Source of the DNA: Scyliorhinus canicula
Taxonomy: Eukaryota
Assembly (NCBI RefSeq): GCF_902713615.1
Contig: NC_052169.1
Span: forward strand, 6,412,285-6,476,284
DNA: 64,000 bases
Direction of reading: 5' to 3'
The position numbers were made by a program, and so were the translations under genes. The notes below the pieces were generated by a model. It saw only the letters and a program-made list of their open reading frames with translations. It did no database searches and was not told where the DNA came from. Positions 38,258 to 50,470 of the stretch are shown piece after piece. The stretch's first letter is position 1; every line of letters starts with the position of its first letter.

Positions 38258-39028
38258 CTAGTTCAAGTCCAGCTTCTCCGCCTGTACAAAGGCCCACGCC
38301 TCCTCCGGGAACTCGAAGTAATGGTGCCGGTCCTTGTATGTCACCCACAGGCGCGCAGGCTGCAGCATTCCAAACCTGACCTGCTTAGCATGAAGCACCG
38401 CCTTCGTCCGGTTGAACCTGGCCCGCCGCTTAGCCACTTCCGCACTCCAGTCCTGGTAGATCCTCACTACCGAATTCTCCCATTTACTGCTCCTCTCTTT
38501 CTTGGCCCAGCGCAGCACACACTCCCGGTCACTGAATCGGTGGAACCGCACCAGCACCGCCCTCGGGGGCTCATCTGCCTTGGGCCTCCTGGCCATCACT
38601 CTGTGCGCTCCCTCGAGCTCCAGGGGCAAATGGAAGGACCCTGCTCCCATCAACGAGCTCAACAACGTGGTCACATACGCCGGGAGATCCGACCCCTCCA
38701 GCCCCTCCGCCAGGCCCAGGATCCTCAGATTCTTTCGCCTCGTGCGAACGTCCAGCTCCTCCAAGCGGTCCTGCCACTTTTTATGAAGTGCCTCGTGCAA
38801 CTCCACTTTCCCAACGAGGACCACGGCCTCCTCCTCTCTTTCAACGGCCTGCCGCTGCAACTCCCGAATAGACTCCTCCTGTGCCGCCTGGGTCCCAAGC
38901 AGCTTGGTCGCAGTTGCATTCATGGAGTCCAGCAGCTCAGCCTTCAGCTCAGCAAAACAACGTAGGAGCGAGGCCTGTTGCTCCTGCGCCCACTTCCACC
39001 AGTCCTCGGGTGTTGCGCCGGCCGCCAT
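38258..39028 (-). CDS. L1 ORF1p (coiled coil + RRM/CTD; Transposase_22-like)
   Basis: Open frame; RRKNLRILGLAEGLEG, LEGAHRV..PRAVLVRF, IYQDWSAEVAKRR motifs; ATG at 39028 (alternative ATG at 39082). Confidence 0.9.
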   Translation of the reverse strand: MAAGATPEDWWKWAQEQQASLLRCFAELKAELLDSMNATATKLLGTQAAQEESIRELQRQAVEREEEAVVLVGKVELHEALHKKWQDRLEELDVRTRRKNLRILGLAEGLEGSDLPAYVTTLLSSLMGAGSFHLPLELEGAHRVMARRPKADEPPRAVLVRFHRFSDRECVLRWAKKERSSKWENSVVRIYQDWSAEVAKRRARFNRTKAVLHAKQVRFGMLQPARLWVTYKDRHHYFEFPEEAWAFVQAEKLDLN

Positions 39029-39553
39029 TTTGTTTTTCTTCCCACGTTTTTTTTGGGGCGTTTCTGCAGCCTTTTTCACCATATAGTGTGGGGCAAGTTC
39101 TTCCAGGCACCTTCCCCCACCGGGATATGTAGCAACAGCACTGTTTGGGGCCCTCAAAACGGCCCAAAAGCCCTTAAATAGCGGGAGCGCCGGCCGCCAT
39201 TTTGTTTTTTTTCACCCGTTTTTTGGGGGGCGTTACTGCAGCCTTTTTCACCAGATAATGTGGGGCAAGTTCTTCCAGGCACCTTCCCCCACTAGGATGT
39301 GTAGAAACAGTGCCGTTTGGGGCCCTCAAAACGGCCCAAAAGTCCCTAAATAGCAGGAGTGCCGGCCGCCATTTTGTTTTTCTTCCCCCGTTTTTTTGGG
39401 GGAGTTACTGCAGCCTTTTTCTTCTTCCCACTCCAGGTGAGCACCATATAGTGTGGGGCAAGTTCTTCCAGGCACCTTCCCCCACCGGGATGCGTAGAAA
39501 CAGCTCCGTTTGGGGCCCTCGAAACGGCCCAAAAGTCCCTAAATAGCAGGAGC
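39016..39553 (-). repeat. Three tandem 170-195 bp monomers in the L1 5' UTR
   Basis: Plus-strand units start gccggccgccattttgtt at about 39016, 39190 and 39361 and share ggggcaagttcttccaggcaccttcccccac. Confidence 0.9.
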
Positions 39554-39726
39554 TGCCGAATGTGTGGCTTAGCTCCGCATAGCCGCAACTGGAAGTCCAA
39601 CAACACCTTCTCAACGACAATAACGGATGGGCGATAAATTCTGGCCTAGTCACATTCCATAAATTAATTAAAAAACTCTCCGCTCTGGAGACCAAGTTGT
39701 ATTAAACCATTAAACTTGGGTGGATT

Positions 39727-39922
39727 GGGCAGCACGGTGGTGCAGTGGGTTAGCCCTGTTGCCTCACGGCGCCGAGGTCCCAGGTTCGATCCCGGCTCTG
39801 GGTCACTGTCCGTGTGGAGTTTGCACATTCTCCCCGTGTTTGCGTGGGTTTCGCCCCCACAACCCAAAGTGTAGGTGGATTGGCCACGCTAAATTGCCCC
39901 TTAATTGGATAAATTTTTTTAA
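39727..39922 (+). mobile_element. Short SINE
   Basis: gggcagcacggtgg head; flanked by aaacttggg repeats. Confidence 0.8.
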
Positions 39923-40399
39923 AACTTGGGAGGATTGTTTTCTCTACTGGATTCCTGTGGAACACAACCTGTTCTTCGACATTCAACTGCCCTGGTGATG
40001 TATTTAAAATCAGGAACTCCTCATGACAAGTCACAGCACAGCGCTATATTCAGCTCTGTATATCACAGTACAGAAGAAAGACATGGATTCTTGCAGCACC
40101 GTCTGAAATATTTCAAAATTCTTCACAAACATTCAAGTCCATTGCCTCTATGGATGAAAACTTAAGCAGTAATTTTCAACGCAACATGGTACCACAAGGA
40201 CTAATGATCTAACAAACAAGTTAATCTGTTTGTGGTTGAGACAGAAATGTTGGCCAGGATCCAAAAAGAACTTTCTGTTCTTCAAGAAAGACCTGAACAG
40301 CTGGCCTTTTAACATATTTTCTACGTAATTAATCACATCTGGTAAAGCAGGCCTCCTTCACAACTGCAATGGAGTGCCACCTTATATTAGGATAAAGAG

Positions 40400-40765
40400 T
40401 TTGGATTGGAGTACAGGAGCAAAGATGTCTCGCTACAATTTTAATAGAGCCTTGATGAGACTGCACCTGGAGTTTTGTTTGCAATTTTTGTCGTCTTATC
40501 CATGGAATGACATATTTCCCATAGACAGTTCCCCAGACTGGTTCCTGGGACCAGTGGGATTGTCCCGAGGAGAGATTAAGACAGGAGTGCACTCTCTGTT
40601 CAGAAGAATGTGAGGTGATCTTGTTGTAACATACAAATTCTTACAGGGTTTGGCAGAATAGATGGAGGGAGGATGCTTTTCCCCTTCTGGAGGTGGGTTC
40701 TACAAGAGAGCACCATCTCAAAATAAGCGGTGGTCATTTAGGAGCGAGGTGAGGAGGACTTTTGT
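40400..40765 (+). mobile_element. Degenerate CR1 fragment
   Basis: ALMRLHLEFCLQFLS remnant (cf. LVRPHLEYCVQFWS). Confidence 0.55.
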
Positions 40766-40998
40766 TACAACTCTTGATAAAAATGTTTGAGAATAATCTG
40801 CACTACAACATTTAAAGAAAAATGCATACTCCAAGTCTCACTACCTGGAACACAAATCCAAACACTGCGTACACACTGAAAATCTACAGTAAGACAGAGC
40901 AATTATTTTGTGATTAATTCATAATTAAAAGTTATTTGTTTGGTTCTGCTTTTCAAAACAGGCATTATACCGGAATTCAATAAATTTCTTTCTCTCAC

Positions 40999-41195
40999 CT
41001 GTCTGAGGGATTCCTCCTCTTCATCATCCATCGGAGTATTCTCATCATAATCTAGCATTCGGTCATAACTATGAATGTTGTACTCTTCCCATGTAACAAC
41101 TCCATTGCCATCCAGGTCATGCTCTGGAAACTGCTCTTTGCTCTCCTCTGTGGCATAATGTTTGAACGACTGCTGGATCCACCCACTGAGCTCAC
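40999..41195 (-). CDS. RCN2: RCN2 coding exon 3 ([65 protein letters not shown])
   Basis: ccacag| ... |gtgaga boundaries, 197 nt, strong similarity to RCN2 (WIQ.SFKHYA, VTW.EYNI). Confidence 0.96.
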
Positions 41196-41464
41196 CTGTG
41201 GCAAATAAGAGCCATTTATATAGATGCAGCTTTCCTATTTCCAGTGAATAAGAGTTTGAGATAAATTACTATCTAAACAACTTACTGTACCAATCACCTT
41301 TTTGAACGCACCAACCCCTATATCCTTGCAGTCCTCTCACTGAAGAATAGGAAGTAATTTATCCTTTTCTTATTCTTCAGCACTGCTCAACAATGGAGTG
41401 ATTCACTTGCGTTTTGCATTTCGGATTAGCTGTTGTCATATGTTATATAAAGGTATTGTTGTAT

Positions 41465-41700
41465 CTGATTTCATTTGATTTGATTTATTATTGTCACATG
41501 TATTAGGATACAGTGAAAAGTATTGTTTCTTGCATGCTGTACAAATGCATACCGTACATAAGCAAGGAAGGAGAGACTGCAGAATATAATGTTACAGTTA
41601 TATTTTGGTTTTAGAAGCATAGAACGAGAGTAAAAGATAGAATTAGAGGGTATGCTGAGTACAGCTTGGAAAAAGTCACCTCGCTCCGGCGCCATCTTGA
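41465..41700 (-). mobile_element. Rex1-like LINE 3' tail fragment
   Basis: tttcactgtatcctaatacatgtgacaataataaatcaaatcaaat tail. Confidence 0.6.
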
Positions 41701-42095
41701 TTCATGTGCATTTATATATGATTACAACATTGGAATTTCATTCTATCGAGATAGAGTTAGATATGTTTAATGAAAATGCTTGTGTATTTTTTTTTTAATG
41801 ATCACTTCAGAATGTTCATGAACTGTAAGGTTCAGTTGTGGTTCATGGCTTTTTGAACGACACATATGCAAGACTGTCAATGCAGATTTATTTGCCTGTT
41901 GCGCCCAATGCTGTGGAATGTGGAGAGGTCAGATTCACCAACAGTAATTCCAGGATGTCACAGAATTACTTCAAGTAGGGGGAAGTAAAAATTGCAGTAA
42001 GTACGTACTTCAAAAGTAAGCTCATTTCTGCAGAGAACATTCAATGACAGTCATTTCATCCCTCATAATCGGATTGGATCTAAACTGTTGCTCAC

Positions 42096-42201
42096 CTTTG
42101 GTTACAAAGCCATCGGCATCTGCATCCATCTTCTTGATGAGGGACTTGAGCCGGGAATGTTGTTCCTCCGGGCTCAACTTAGCAAGTTCCCCAACTTCTT
42201 T
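42096..42201 (-). CDS. RCN2: RCN2 coding exon 2 (KEVGELAKLSPEEQHSRLKSLIKKMDADADGFVTK), EF-hand 1
   Basis: ttcttag| ... |gtgagc boundaries, 106 nt, in frame with neighbouring exons, DxDxDG loop. Confidence 0.95.
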
Positions 42202-42530
42202 CTAAGAAACAGAACAGACATCATACAAACAGCTTATTCTAGGCAAAAAGCTTTCTAATCCTCCATTTATGAATGAAGTCATAATGAAGTACAAAGTCCT
42301 CTCAGAAGTCCAAGTCGTACACAAATACCATGCACCTGTACTTGATACAAAATGTAGGTGTATATCATCAGATTGGGGTATCAGCATCTCCTCTGTATCT
42401 GGTATAAAGAAATAAAGCTCAAAATGGATGAAACTATTTAGACACAAACTGAAAATTGGAAAGCTCCCCAAAACCGGTTGATTGCAGCAATTCTGGATTA
42501 GTCTGACTATCACAAGAGGAACAGTTATTT

Positions 42531-42737
42531 TGGCGCAGTGGTTAGCACTGCTGCCTCTCGGCACCGAGGACCCGGGTTTGATTCCAGCCCTGGGTCACTG
42601 TCCGTGTGGAGTTTGCATATTCTTCCCGTGTTTCGCCCCCACAACCCAAAGACGTGCAGAGTAGGTGGATTGGCTAAACTAAATTGCCCTTTAATTGGAA
42701 AAAATGAATTGGGTACAATAAATTTATTTTTAAAAAA
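42531..42737 (+). mobile_element. Short SINE
   Basis: Family consensus match. Confidence 0.8.
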
Positions 42738-43019
42738 TGATTGCTACTCAGAGTAAGTGTCAAACTCAAATTTAGCGGTGTTAATGAAATTAGTTTAGTT
42801 GTTTAAAAGAGCTTTGCGTATCTTTGAGATCACTACGCCTTCCATTCTGGAAACCCATCACAAAGATCACCACAGGTCTCACCCCCAAGATTAGCAGGGT
42901 ATGTGGATTGGCCAAGCTAAATAGTTCCTTAATTGGAAAATAATGGATTGGGAATTTTAAACAGTTATTTTGGATAGCACTGTAATATTAGATTAGTGAT
43001 CAGTATACCATAAAAACAT

Positions 43020-43320
43020 TGGGGTGCCACAGTGGTTAGCGCTGCTACCTCACAGCGCCAGAAATCCGGGTTCAATTCTGGCCTTTGGTGGCTGTGTGGA
43101 GTTTGCACTTTCTCCCAGTGTTTGCGTGGGTTTCCTTGGGGTGTTCCAGTTTCCTCCTACAGTCCAAAGATGAGCAGGTTAGGTGGATTGGCCATGTTAA
43201 ATTGCCCCTAGTGTCCAAAGGTTAGGTGGGGTTCCGAGGGAGTGGGCCCAGGTAGGGTACTCTTTCAGAGGGTCGATGCAGACTTGATGGGCCAAATGGC
43301 CTCCTTCTGCACTGTAGGAA
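43020..43320 (+). mobile_element. HE1/V-SINE
   Basis: V core and CR1-type tail. Confidence 0.78.
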
Positions 43321-43549
43321 GTCTTTCACTGGATTGTATTTTATTGGTTCTTTTAAATATGGGCAATGTTGACAAACTATATTTAGTGTCCATTCCTGGG
43401 TTGCCTTGTCTTGCTATTCCATTTCAGAAGGTGTAAGAATCAATCACTGTTATAGTGTCACAGTAAGCATCTTCCTATTTGATTATATTTATGGATGTCT
43501 TTAACAAGTGTAAGCATGGAACGCGTGATGTCATCGGTAGAACAGGCTT

Positions 43550-43770
43550 TTAAAATATATTTAGAGTACCCAATTCATTTCTTCCAATTAAGGGGCAATT
43601 TAGCATTGCCAATCTACCCTCCCGCACATTTTGGGTTGTGGGGGCGAAACCCATGCAAACATGTGGAGAATGTGCAAACTCCACACGGACAGTGACCCAG
43701 AGCCGGGATCGAACGTAGGACCTCGGTGCCATAAGGCAGCGGTGCTAACCACTGTGCCACAGTGCTGCCC
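43550..43770 (-). mobile_element. Short SINE
   Basis: Family consensus match. Confidence 0.8.
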
Positions 43771-45417
43771 CTTCAGTAGCGCAGTCTTGTGCAGGTTTTC
43801 AGCATTACAAGGAGCTTTGTATAATGTTGCAGGTGTCTGAAATCAAGCTGCACTATTATCCTGATATTTTCATAAGTAAAGAAGATTGAATTTTTACAAT
43901 GTGTTCGATAACCATTTTGTGATCAAGTTGTGCATGACTGGAGACTGTGTAGACTAAATTTTGTATGGTCTTTTTTCTTGAAGGGCATTAGCAATAGCAA
44001 TAGTATTAACCACAATTATTCAACAGTAAACATTATTAATTGTTGCTGGATCCTTTTTTATTGAACCAATAGGAGAGGCACAGAGTTGCCCCAGTGTCCC
44101 AAAAAATAATTGTTCCATGTGACCTAGGGACACAACTAACATATAAAAAAATGATCCACAATTATCCAATTAAATGGATTTAAACAAGCAGAGAGGAAAA
44201 ATAGGAGTACCTCAAAAATTAAACATTATCAACAACTATGTAGGAAATACTCAAGCTTCCACGGATCGCGAAAGTGGCTTACTCCATCTGGTATTCTCAA
44301 AAGCATTTCCAGGCAAATTCTTATTCTAATTCTGCTTAACTTCCTTGATGAAATTGCTTTAAGAGCAGTGTTGAGGTTGGCCACAGTGAGATTTGTACTA
44401 TAACCACAACACTAATATATGCTAACCGCATGCAGTCATTTATGTTGCACTTCAAAATGTGCCACACCTGTCACTGTTTGGTGACTGCCACACCTATCTC
44501 TGTTTGGTGAAAACCGATTTATATACTGAAGGTTTACAGATCGGGGGTTTTCTATTTGAATACCCGTACAATATGAAAAGAGTAATGGAATGGGGAAAAA
44601 CAAGCCAGAATCAAAGGCATCCCAAACTTAAAAATAATGTGATCTGTTCCCATCTATAAATATTTATGTTTCAAACAATCCTTTTACAAATTAATAAGAA
44701 CGCCCACTCTTGTGCTACTGGTCTTGCTGTAAAAGTCCTTGTAAAAATTACATCTTGATGTATGAGGTGTAATTGGTTTGTTAAGCGCTGCGCTAACTTC
44801 ATAATTACTGCAAAGGTCACAATGGTCCAAAAGGCTAATTATGTATTTGTGTAAAGTCAAATTCCCGCATAATGATAAAAATTCCAGTTTTCAAAACAAA
44901 AATAAGTGCATCATTATTTTAGCTTCTATTTTAACCCAATCAAAATTATTTATCTATCTGAAAGCTTAAAACTAAAAGCGGATATTAAATACTTTCAACT
45001 TCCTGGTTTGCTGTTTATGGATACTTCAATGCAATCAACTCCTTACTTGCTTGCTGAGATCACTGCTGCTGCACAATGCGTCCTTGACCTCGCACAACAT
45101 TCAACTCATGTAGGCAAATGGGGAAACCAAGTCACAGAGACTGCTGGATCTCTGCGAGTAGATTCTTTGAGATCAGCAAAATCCAGGCCTATAAATTTTT
45201 AATCGAATTTTTTGCACATGTAGATATCAAAATGTAATCCCGATGCATGATGAAATGGGGAAAACAAATTGGGAAATGCGCAAAGAATAGGTTAGATTCT
45301 TTAAAATAAAAAAAGGTGTAAATATTTAACAGGTGGCTCACATTTTAAAATAATTTATCTCATAACATTCACCTTTTCCATTCTAATGAGTCAGTAGGAC
45401 GGAATAGAATTTCCTAC

Positions 45418-45567
45418 CTCTCCGCCAAACAGGACATCCCGATCGAACTCTGAGCTGTGTTCACCATCCATATAGTGGTCCTCAGTAACTAGTGGCTCAT
45501 GTTTATGATGAGTGTGTGTGGAGCACATCACAATAAAAGTACAGCTCACCAACACTCGGAACTGCAT
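45418..45567 (-). CDS. RCN2: Reticulocalbin-2 coding exon 1 (signal peptide; MQFRVLVSCTFIVMCSTHTHHKHEPL...SEFDRDVLFGGE)
   Basis: Manual translation of 150 nt; ATG in aaaATGc context; donor GAG|gtagga; upstream acceptor ttttacag| at 45601 so the exon is 45418-45600; resembles the RCN2 N-terminus (DYDREALLG-like motif). Confidence 0.92.
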
Positions 45568-48149
45568 TTTCTGTCAGGTAGGCTTCAATGTCAAAAGTGG
45601 CTGTAAAATAATTAAAGGGTTCTGTCATTTTCCACTTAAAAATCTATTCCTATTCACCTCTGCAGTTTCTTCTTATGAAGACAATACGTTTTACATTTGC
45701 TTCTCCCATTTACCAAGTTGTACCTTTGTGAACCTCACACCATCCATGGTCATGGGGACAGGGAGAGAACTTGCTTTTTAGTGTCAAAGCTTAAAAGCCA
45801 TTACCCAGCCCGAATCGATTTTGGCATAAAACACAGCCTGCAGGAATTAAGAAAATGTACGGCACATTCAAAACAAATGCCCAGCAAGCCAACATCATTA
45901 CAAGCAAAACCAAATTCACGAACCACTTGACTCGTAAAATACTACAGAGCAGTACTGAAATGAATAAAACCAATGCCTCAGAATTGTCAATTATTACAAG
46001 GTGCATGAAGTGCTGTCTATCACAAGAGGGTTTGAAAGCAAATGAATGGGAGAACTGATAGGATTTATGCTCATTCACCCGCTAGCAGGGCAAAGGGACA
46101 AAGATTAGATCCATTCAAAAAAAATGAGGAAATAAAAGTATAAAAATGCAAGACTCTCTGGGCTGCTCCTGCACAGCTCCAGTAGGTCAAATGGACTATC
46201 GGAGCCGGCCTGTTTCAACCTATAAGAATTTCTTCAGTATTTGACATCAATTTGTTGCTTGATTTATTAACTAGAATGCTCAAAAAGAAATGGCTGCTAC
46301 GATTAAGAATGCCTCCAATTCACTTCAAACACTGACAGGCAAAGCGATTGGAATGCTGAAAAACCACACATACTTTTACATTTTTGAAAAATTACTAATA
46401 CCTGAAGAGGCTGCACACAGGAATTTATTTGGAACCCGGATCTGATTTGACGGTGTCCAGTTGGGTTAAACAGCAGTTGTTCAGTTTAGTTACATCTACT
46501 GTACTTTTCATCTGATTTTTCACTGCAGGAAATATTTTTAGTGCACGATAGTTTCAGATTATTTGGCAGGTTCAAACTTTAAACTAGGTTATATATCAGA
46601 GCAATATAATTAAATGTTCCTCAGTTTCCTCATATTTTGCAGTACAGGTACAAGAAAATCTGAGGGGTTCATGTGTCAGACTTTTTTCAAGTTGCTGAAT
46701 AGAATAGCTAAGAATTGAAACTTTTGGAGGAACAGATGCTGCCAAAATTTGTTATTTGATTGGCTGATTTTATTCTGGTTTCCGTAGTTTTACTCTTTGC
46801 AATAAGGTTAATTAGTTTGCATCCTCAACATTTTGGAACAAACAAGCTCCTCTACGCTATATTTTCCACTGGCTTGGAGAGATATAGAGGACATAGTGCA
46901 TAGGGTGTAACATTCTTGGTGTTAACTTCAATGGTAAAATTAAGTCATTGTTATGTGATGAGCTTTGAGCACAAGTCAAATTGAGTTAAAAGAAAAGCAC
47001 CAGCCTGTGGGAGTTCACTTTTCGTTCTGGGACACAAACAAAATATTTCATAAGCACAAATTTTTGCAATCAGTTGAACAGCTGCACACAATTCTGCTAA
47101 AAGAAAAGCAGAAAATAATGAACAGAACACACGATGAGAGACAGAAAAGGGATTTCTTTAAAACCGTTATGCCATGCCACAGCTATACTTCAGTCTATTT
47201 TTTGGAGATGGATCAGGCCCCGTCATTTGTTCGTAAATTATATAATTGATTGATAAGATTACTGTCTGGAGACAGACTGCGGAGTAATGTTCATTCTGAA
47301 AAACATGTACAAGCTCAAAATAGCCACTGGAGGAAAAAACCTGGATGCACATTAGCGGCGACTAACAAGAATCATTCGTTTATAGCACATGACCCAAGGA
47401 TTCCTAAGATTTACTTTCCCTTTCTTCTCGTTTGACGGTTCCAACTTCTCACCTAAATGCTTGTTTTGAAGCCACCATAAACTGGAGTCTATGAATGCCA
47501 GCAGAACATAGACTAAAGCAGTGTTAGACCCACTGCAAAACAGTTGATTTAATGAAAACATTTTTAAAAATCGGTTATTAGGTAATCATTTTTGTTTCCC
47601 CACCTCCCAATTTCTGACAATTACTGGCAACTGCAGCGAAAAGGCAGAACTTGTCTAGTTACAATTGTTTGCACACATAGATATGAGTGTTCCCCCACAG
47701 TGGAATATGTGCTATATAATATATGTGATATTCGTTACCTCATTTACATTAGTTAACTCTGTAGACAACACAAGGTATGTTTTGTTTGCACTGTGCTTGC
47801 AGAGCTTGGACATCAACCAGCAATGACAGGGTTTCGCAATGGGAATCTTATTTTTTTTGGGAATTTGCAAAGAATAGCATAAAAAATATATATTTATACA
47901 GGGGGAGGGGGGGGGGGAGGAGGGAGAAAGTAACATTATTTAAAAAAAAGTTAATTTTTTTTCGATAGAATCGACGGGTTTTTAAACAGGGAAAAATCGA
48001 CGCATTTTAAAACTCGAGGAGGAAAACCTGCAAGTTTTTATTTCTAAAGGCAAGAATAACTTTGCTTTACAGTCAGACACTGTTGGTGTCACTCCTGCTG
48101 GACGTGGGGGGGGGGGGGGGGGGGGAGAAAGGGGGGGGTTCAGCTGCTG

Positions 48150-48420
48150 CTGTTCACTCCCCAGTCCCATCCCTCTCCTCCCCGGGGGAACTCGCTGTTC
48201 CGCCACAGAGAAGGCACAGCTGGAGATTTGAGGTAAACACCATTTCCTCCGCCATCTCCATCTTACCTGCCTCAAGCTCCTGGCTCCCAACCGCCGGTTG
48301 TCAGGCTCCCTGCCGCGAGCTTCCGGCCCTCACTTCCGGCGCTAAAAAAATTCTCCCCCCCCCTTCCCTCTGGAGAGCGCCAGGGGGCGCAGCCGCCGGA
48401 GGACTCGATGGTCAACATGG
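48150..48420 (-). promoter_or_regulatory. CpG-island promoter of RCN2 with tandem ETS/GABP sites and CTCF-like motif
   Basis: CCGGAAGT (48332-48339) and CCGGAAGC (48319-48326) on the minus strand; GCGCCAGGGGGCGCAG at 48377-48392. Confidence 0.65.
48267..48345 (-). other. RCN2: Probable non-coding first exon of RCN2
   Basis: GC-rich segment ending in strong donor CAG|gtaaga at 48266; coding exon 1 has its own acceptor, so an upstream exon is needed; TSS position approximate. Confidence 0.65.
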
Positions 48421-48504
48421 GGTAGCTCAACCCTCAACAAACCCTCTCCCCCACCACCCCCAAAACGGTTTCCTTTTCATGGTGGCCCCCTAGTCTAAAT
48501 TCTT

Positions 48505-48692
48505 TTTTAAAATTTAGAGCACCCAATTAATTTTTCCCCCAATTAAGTATGACCAGTTATTAGTGCACCTCAAAAGAGTGGCCAACTCACCCACCCTGCA
48601 CATTTTTGGGTTGTGGGGGTGAGGCCCACGCCGACACGGTGTTCTTGGCGTCGTGAGGCACCAGTGTCTACCACTGCGCCACCGTGCCGCCC
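48505..48692 (-). mobile_element. Short SINE with TSD
   Basis: TSD agtctaaattcttt. Confidence 0.78.
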
Positions 48693-48734
48693 TCAAGTCT
48701 AAATTCTTTCAACACCAATTAAGCATCAAGCAGC

Positions 48735-49112
48735 AGGGGCAGCAGGGTAGCATGGGGGGCAGCAGGGTAGCATGGGGGGCAGCAGGGTAGCATGGTGGTT
48801 AGCATAAATGCTTCACAGCTCCAGGGTCCCAGGTTCGATTCCCGGCTGGGTCACTGTCTGTGTGGAGTCTGCACGTCCTCCCCCTGTGTGCGTGGGTTTC
48901 CTCCGGGTGCTCCGGTTTCCTCCCACAGTCCAAAAGATGTGCGGGTTAGGTGGATTGGCCATGCTAAATTGCCCGTAGTGTCCTAAAAAGTAATGTTAAG
49001 GGGGGGTTGTTGGGTTACGGGTATAGGGTGGATACGTGAGTTTGAGTAGGGTGATCATGGCTCGGCACAACATTGAGGGCCGAAGGGCCTGTTCTGTGCT
49101 GTTCTATGTTCT
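48735..49112 (+). mobile_element. HE1/V-SINE with triplicated 5' end
   Basis: ggggcagcagggtagcatg x3, then a normal SINE body. Confidence 0.82.
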
Positions 49113-49129
49113 AAGATGTATTGGCAGGT

Positions 49130-49500
49130 ATCATAGGACCCCTACAGGGCAGAAGGAGGCCATAAGGCCTATCGAGTCTGCGCCGACCCTCCATAAGGGC
49201 AGCCGACCCTCCATAAGGGCAACCCCGACCCTCCATAAGGGCAACCCCCCCCCCCCCCCCGCCCCGCCCCCGCCGCCATCCTGTCCCTACAACCCCAACT
49301 AATCCTTTGGACATTAATGGGGCAATTTAGCGTGGACAGTTCGCCTCACCTGTAGGTTATTGGAGGGTGGGAGGAAATTGGAGTACCCGGAGGAAGCCCA
49401 TTAGACACGGGGATAACGTGCAAATGCCACACAGGCAGTCACCCAAGGCTGGAATCGAATCTTGGAGCTGTGGGGCAGCAGTGCTGACCACTGTGCCACC
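49130..49500 (-). mobile_element. HE1/V-SINE (decayed) with internal ccgaccctccataagggc x3 repeat
   Basis: Family motifs; tandem units at about 49183-49242. Confidence 0.7.
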
Positions 49501-49744
49501 TGTTATCACCCTACAGAAGGCCCAGTGATCTGCAACCTCAGAGTCCCTATGGCCTCACCTGAGTATGATCTACCCAGATTGGGGGGGGGTAGCAATCCCC
49601 TTAAACCAGAGACTTCTGGGACATAAATACCACAGCCCAAGTGTGGGCCAGGCGCAAGAGACCCTTTAGGGAGTAGGAGGTGTAAATATATAAGGAAATA
49701 AATCTAACTTTCTACAGTCGTGGTCACTTGCCTGAGACTTTACA
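49501..49744 (+). mobile_element. Solo LTR, 244 bp
   Basis: TGTTAT...TTTACA ends, AATAAA near 49697, 5-bp TSD ccacc. Confidence 0.75.
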
Positions 49745-50074
49745 CCACCCTAGGTACTGTGCCCCAAGAGGGTGTTGGTGACCATGCACTTCCACCAGAT
49801 TGACCCTAGATTACTCTTGGCAAAGCACTGCAGTGGTTTGCCGTTGCCTTTGGCTGACGGGGGATCTTTCCCACTTTTTAACCACCTGCCATCAGGCATA
49901 TTGAAAGGATTTACAGGCTGATATATACAGTGGTTGGCCCCGTTATGCACACACCATGGCCATCAAGTCCTGAAGTGGGAGTTGAACCAAGAGCTTGAGA
50001 CGGCACCACTGCACCACAAGGCCTCCTCAAAAGCATATTACAACAGATAATTTAATTCTACTCTATTTCCTTAA

Positions 50075-50470
50075 AGGCCTGCATTTATATAACCCTGTTC
50101 ACAATCTCAAAGTGCTTTACGGCCAATAAATTATAGTCGTCACTGTTGTATTGTTGGAAACAATACAGCAGCCAATATGCACACAGCAAACTGCTACAAA
50201 TGGCAATGTGATATATAGTGGCCAGATAATCTGTTTTACTTATCTTGATTGAAGGATAAATATTGGCTAGGATACAGAGGATAACTCACATGCTGCTTTT
50301 AGTGCCATGGGATATTCCCTATCTACCAGAGGGCAGGTTTTGGTGTCTCACCTAACACTTCCAATAGTGCAGCACACAGCAGTCAGTCTATATTTTTGTT
50401 CTCACTTCATTGGAATGGGACTTGAATCCTGAACCTTCTGACTGAGAGCTAAAAGTGCGACACACTGAAC
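50075..50470 (-). mobile_element. SacSINE1/Deu-SINE
   Basis: Reverse Deu-domain motifs agtgccatgggat, ggataaatattggc, cacagcaaact. Confidence 0.65.

Larger units (their letters stand above)
33463..39597 (-). mobile_element. Full-length young L1-clade LINE (about 6.1 kb) in RCN2 intron 3
   Basis: 15-bp TSD caacaacaccttctc (33448-33462, 39598-39612), poly(A) tail with AATAAA, ORF1 and ORF2, 5' end GACTTCCAGTTGCGG. Confidence 0.97.

Noticed and set aside
33903-39132. Plus-strand ORFs up to 214 aa overlapping the L1
   Set aside because: Antisense shadows of GC-rich L1 coding sequence with no recognisable domains
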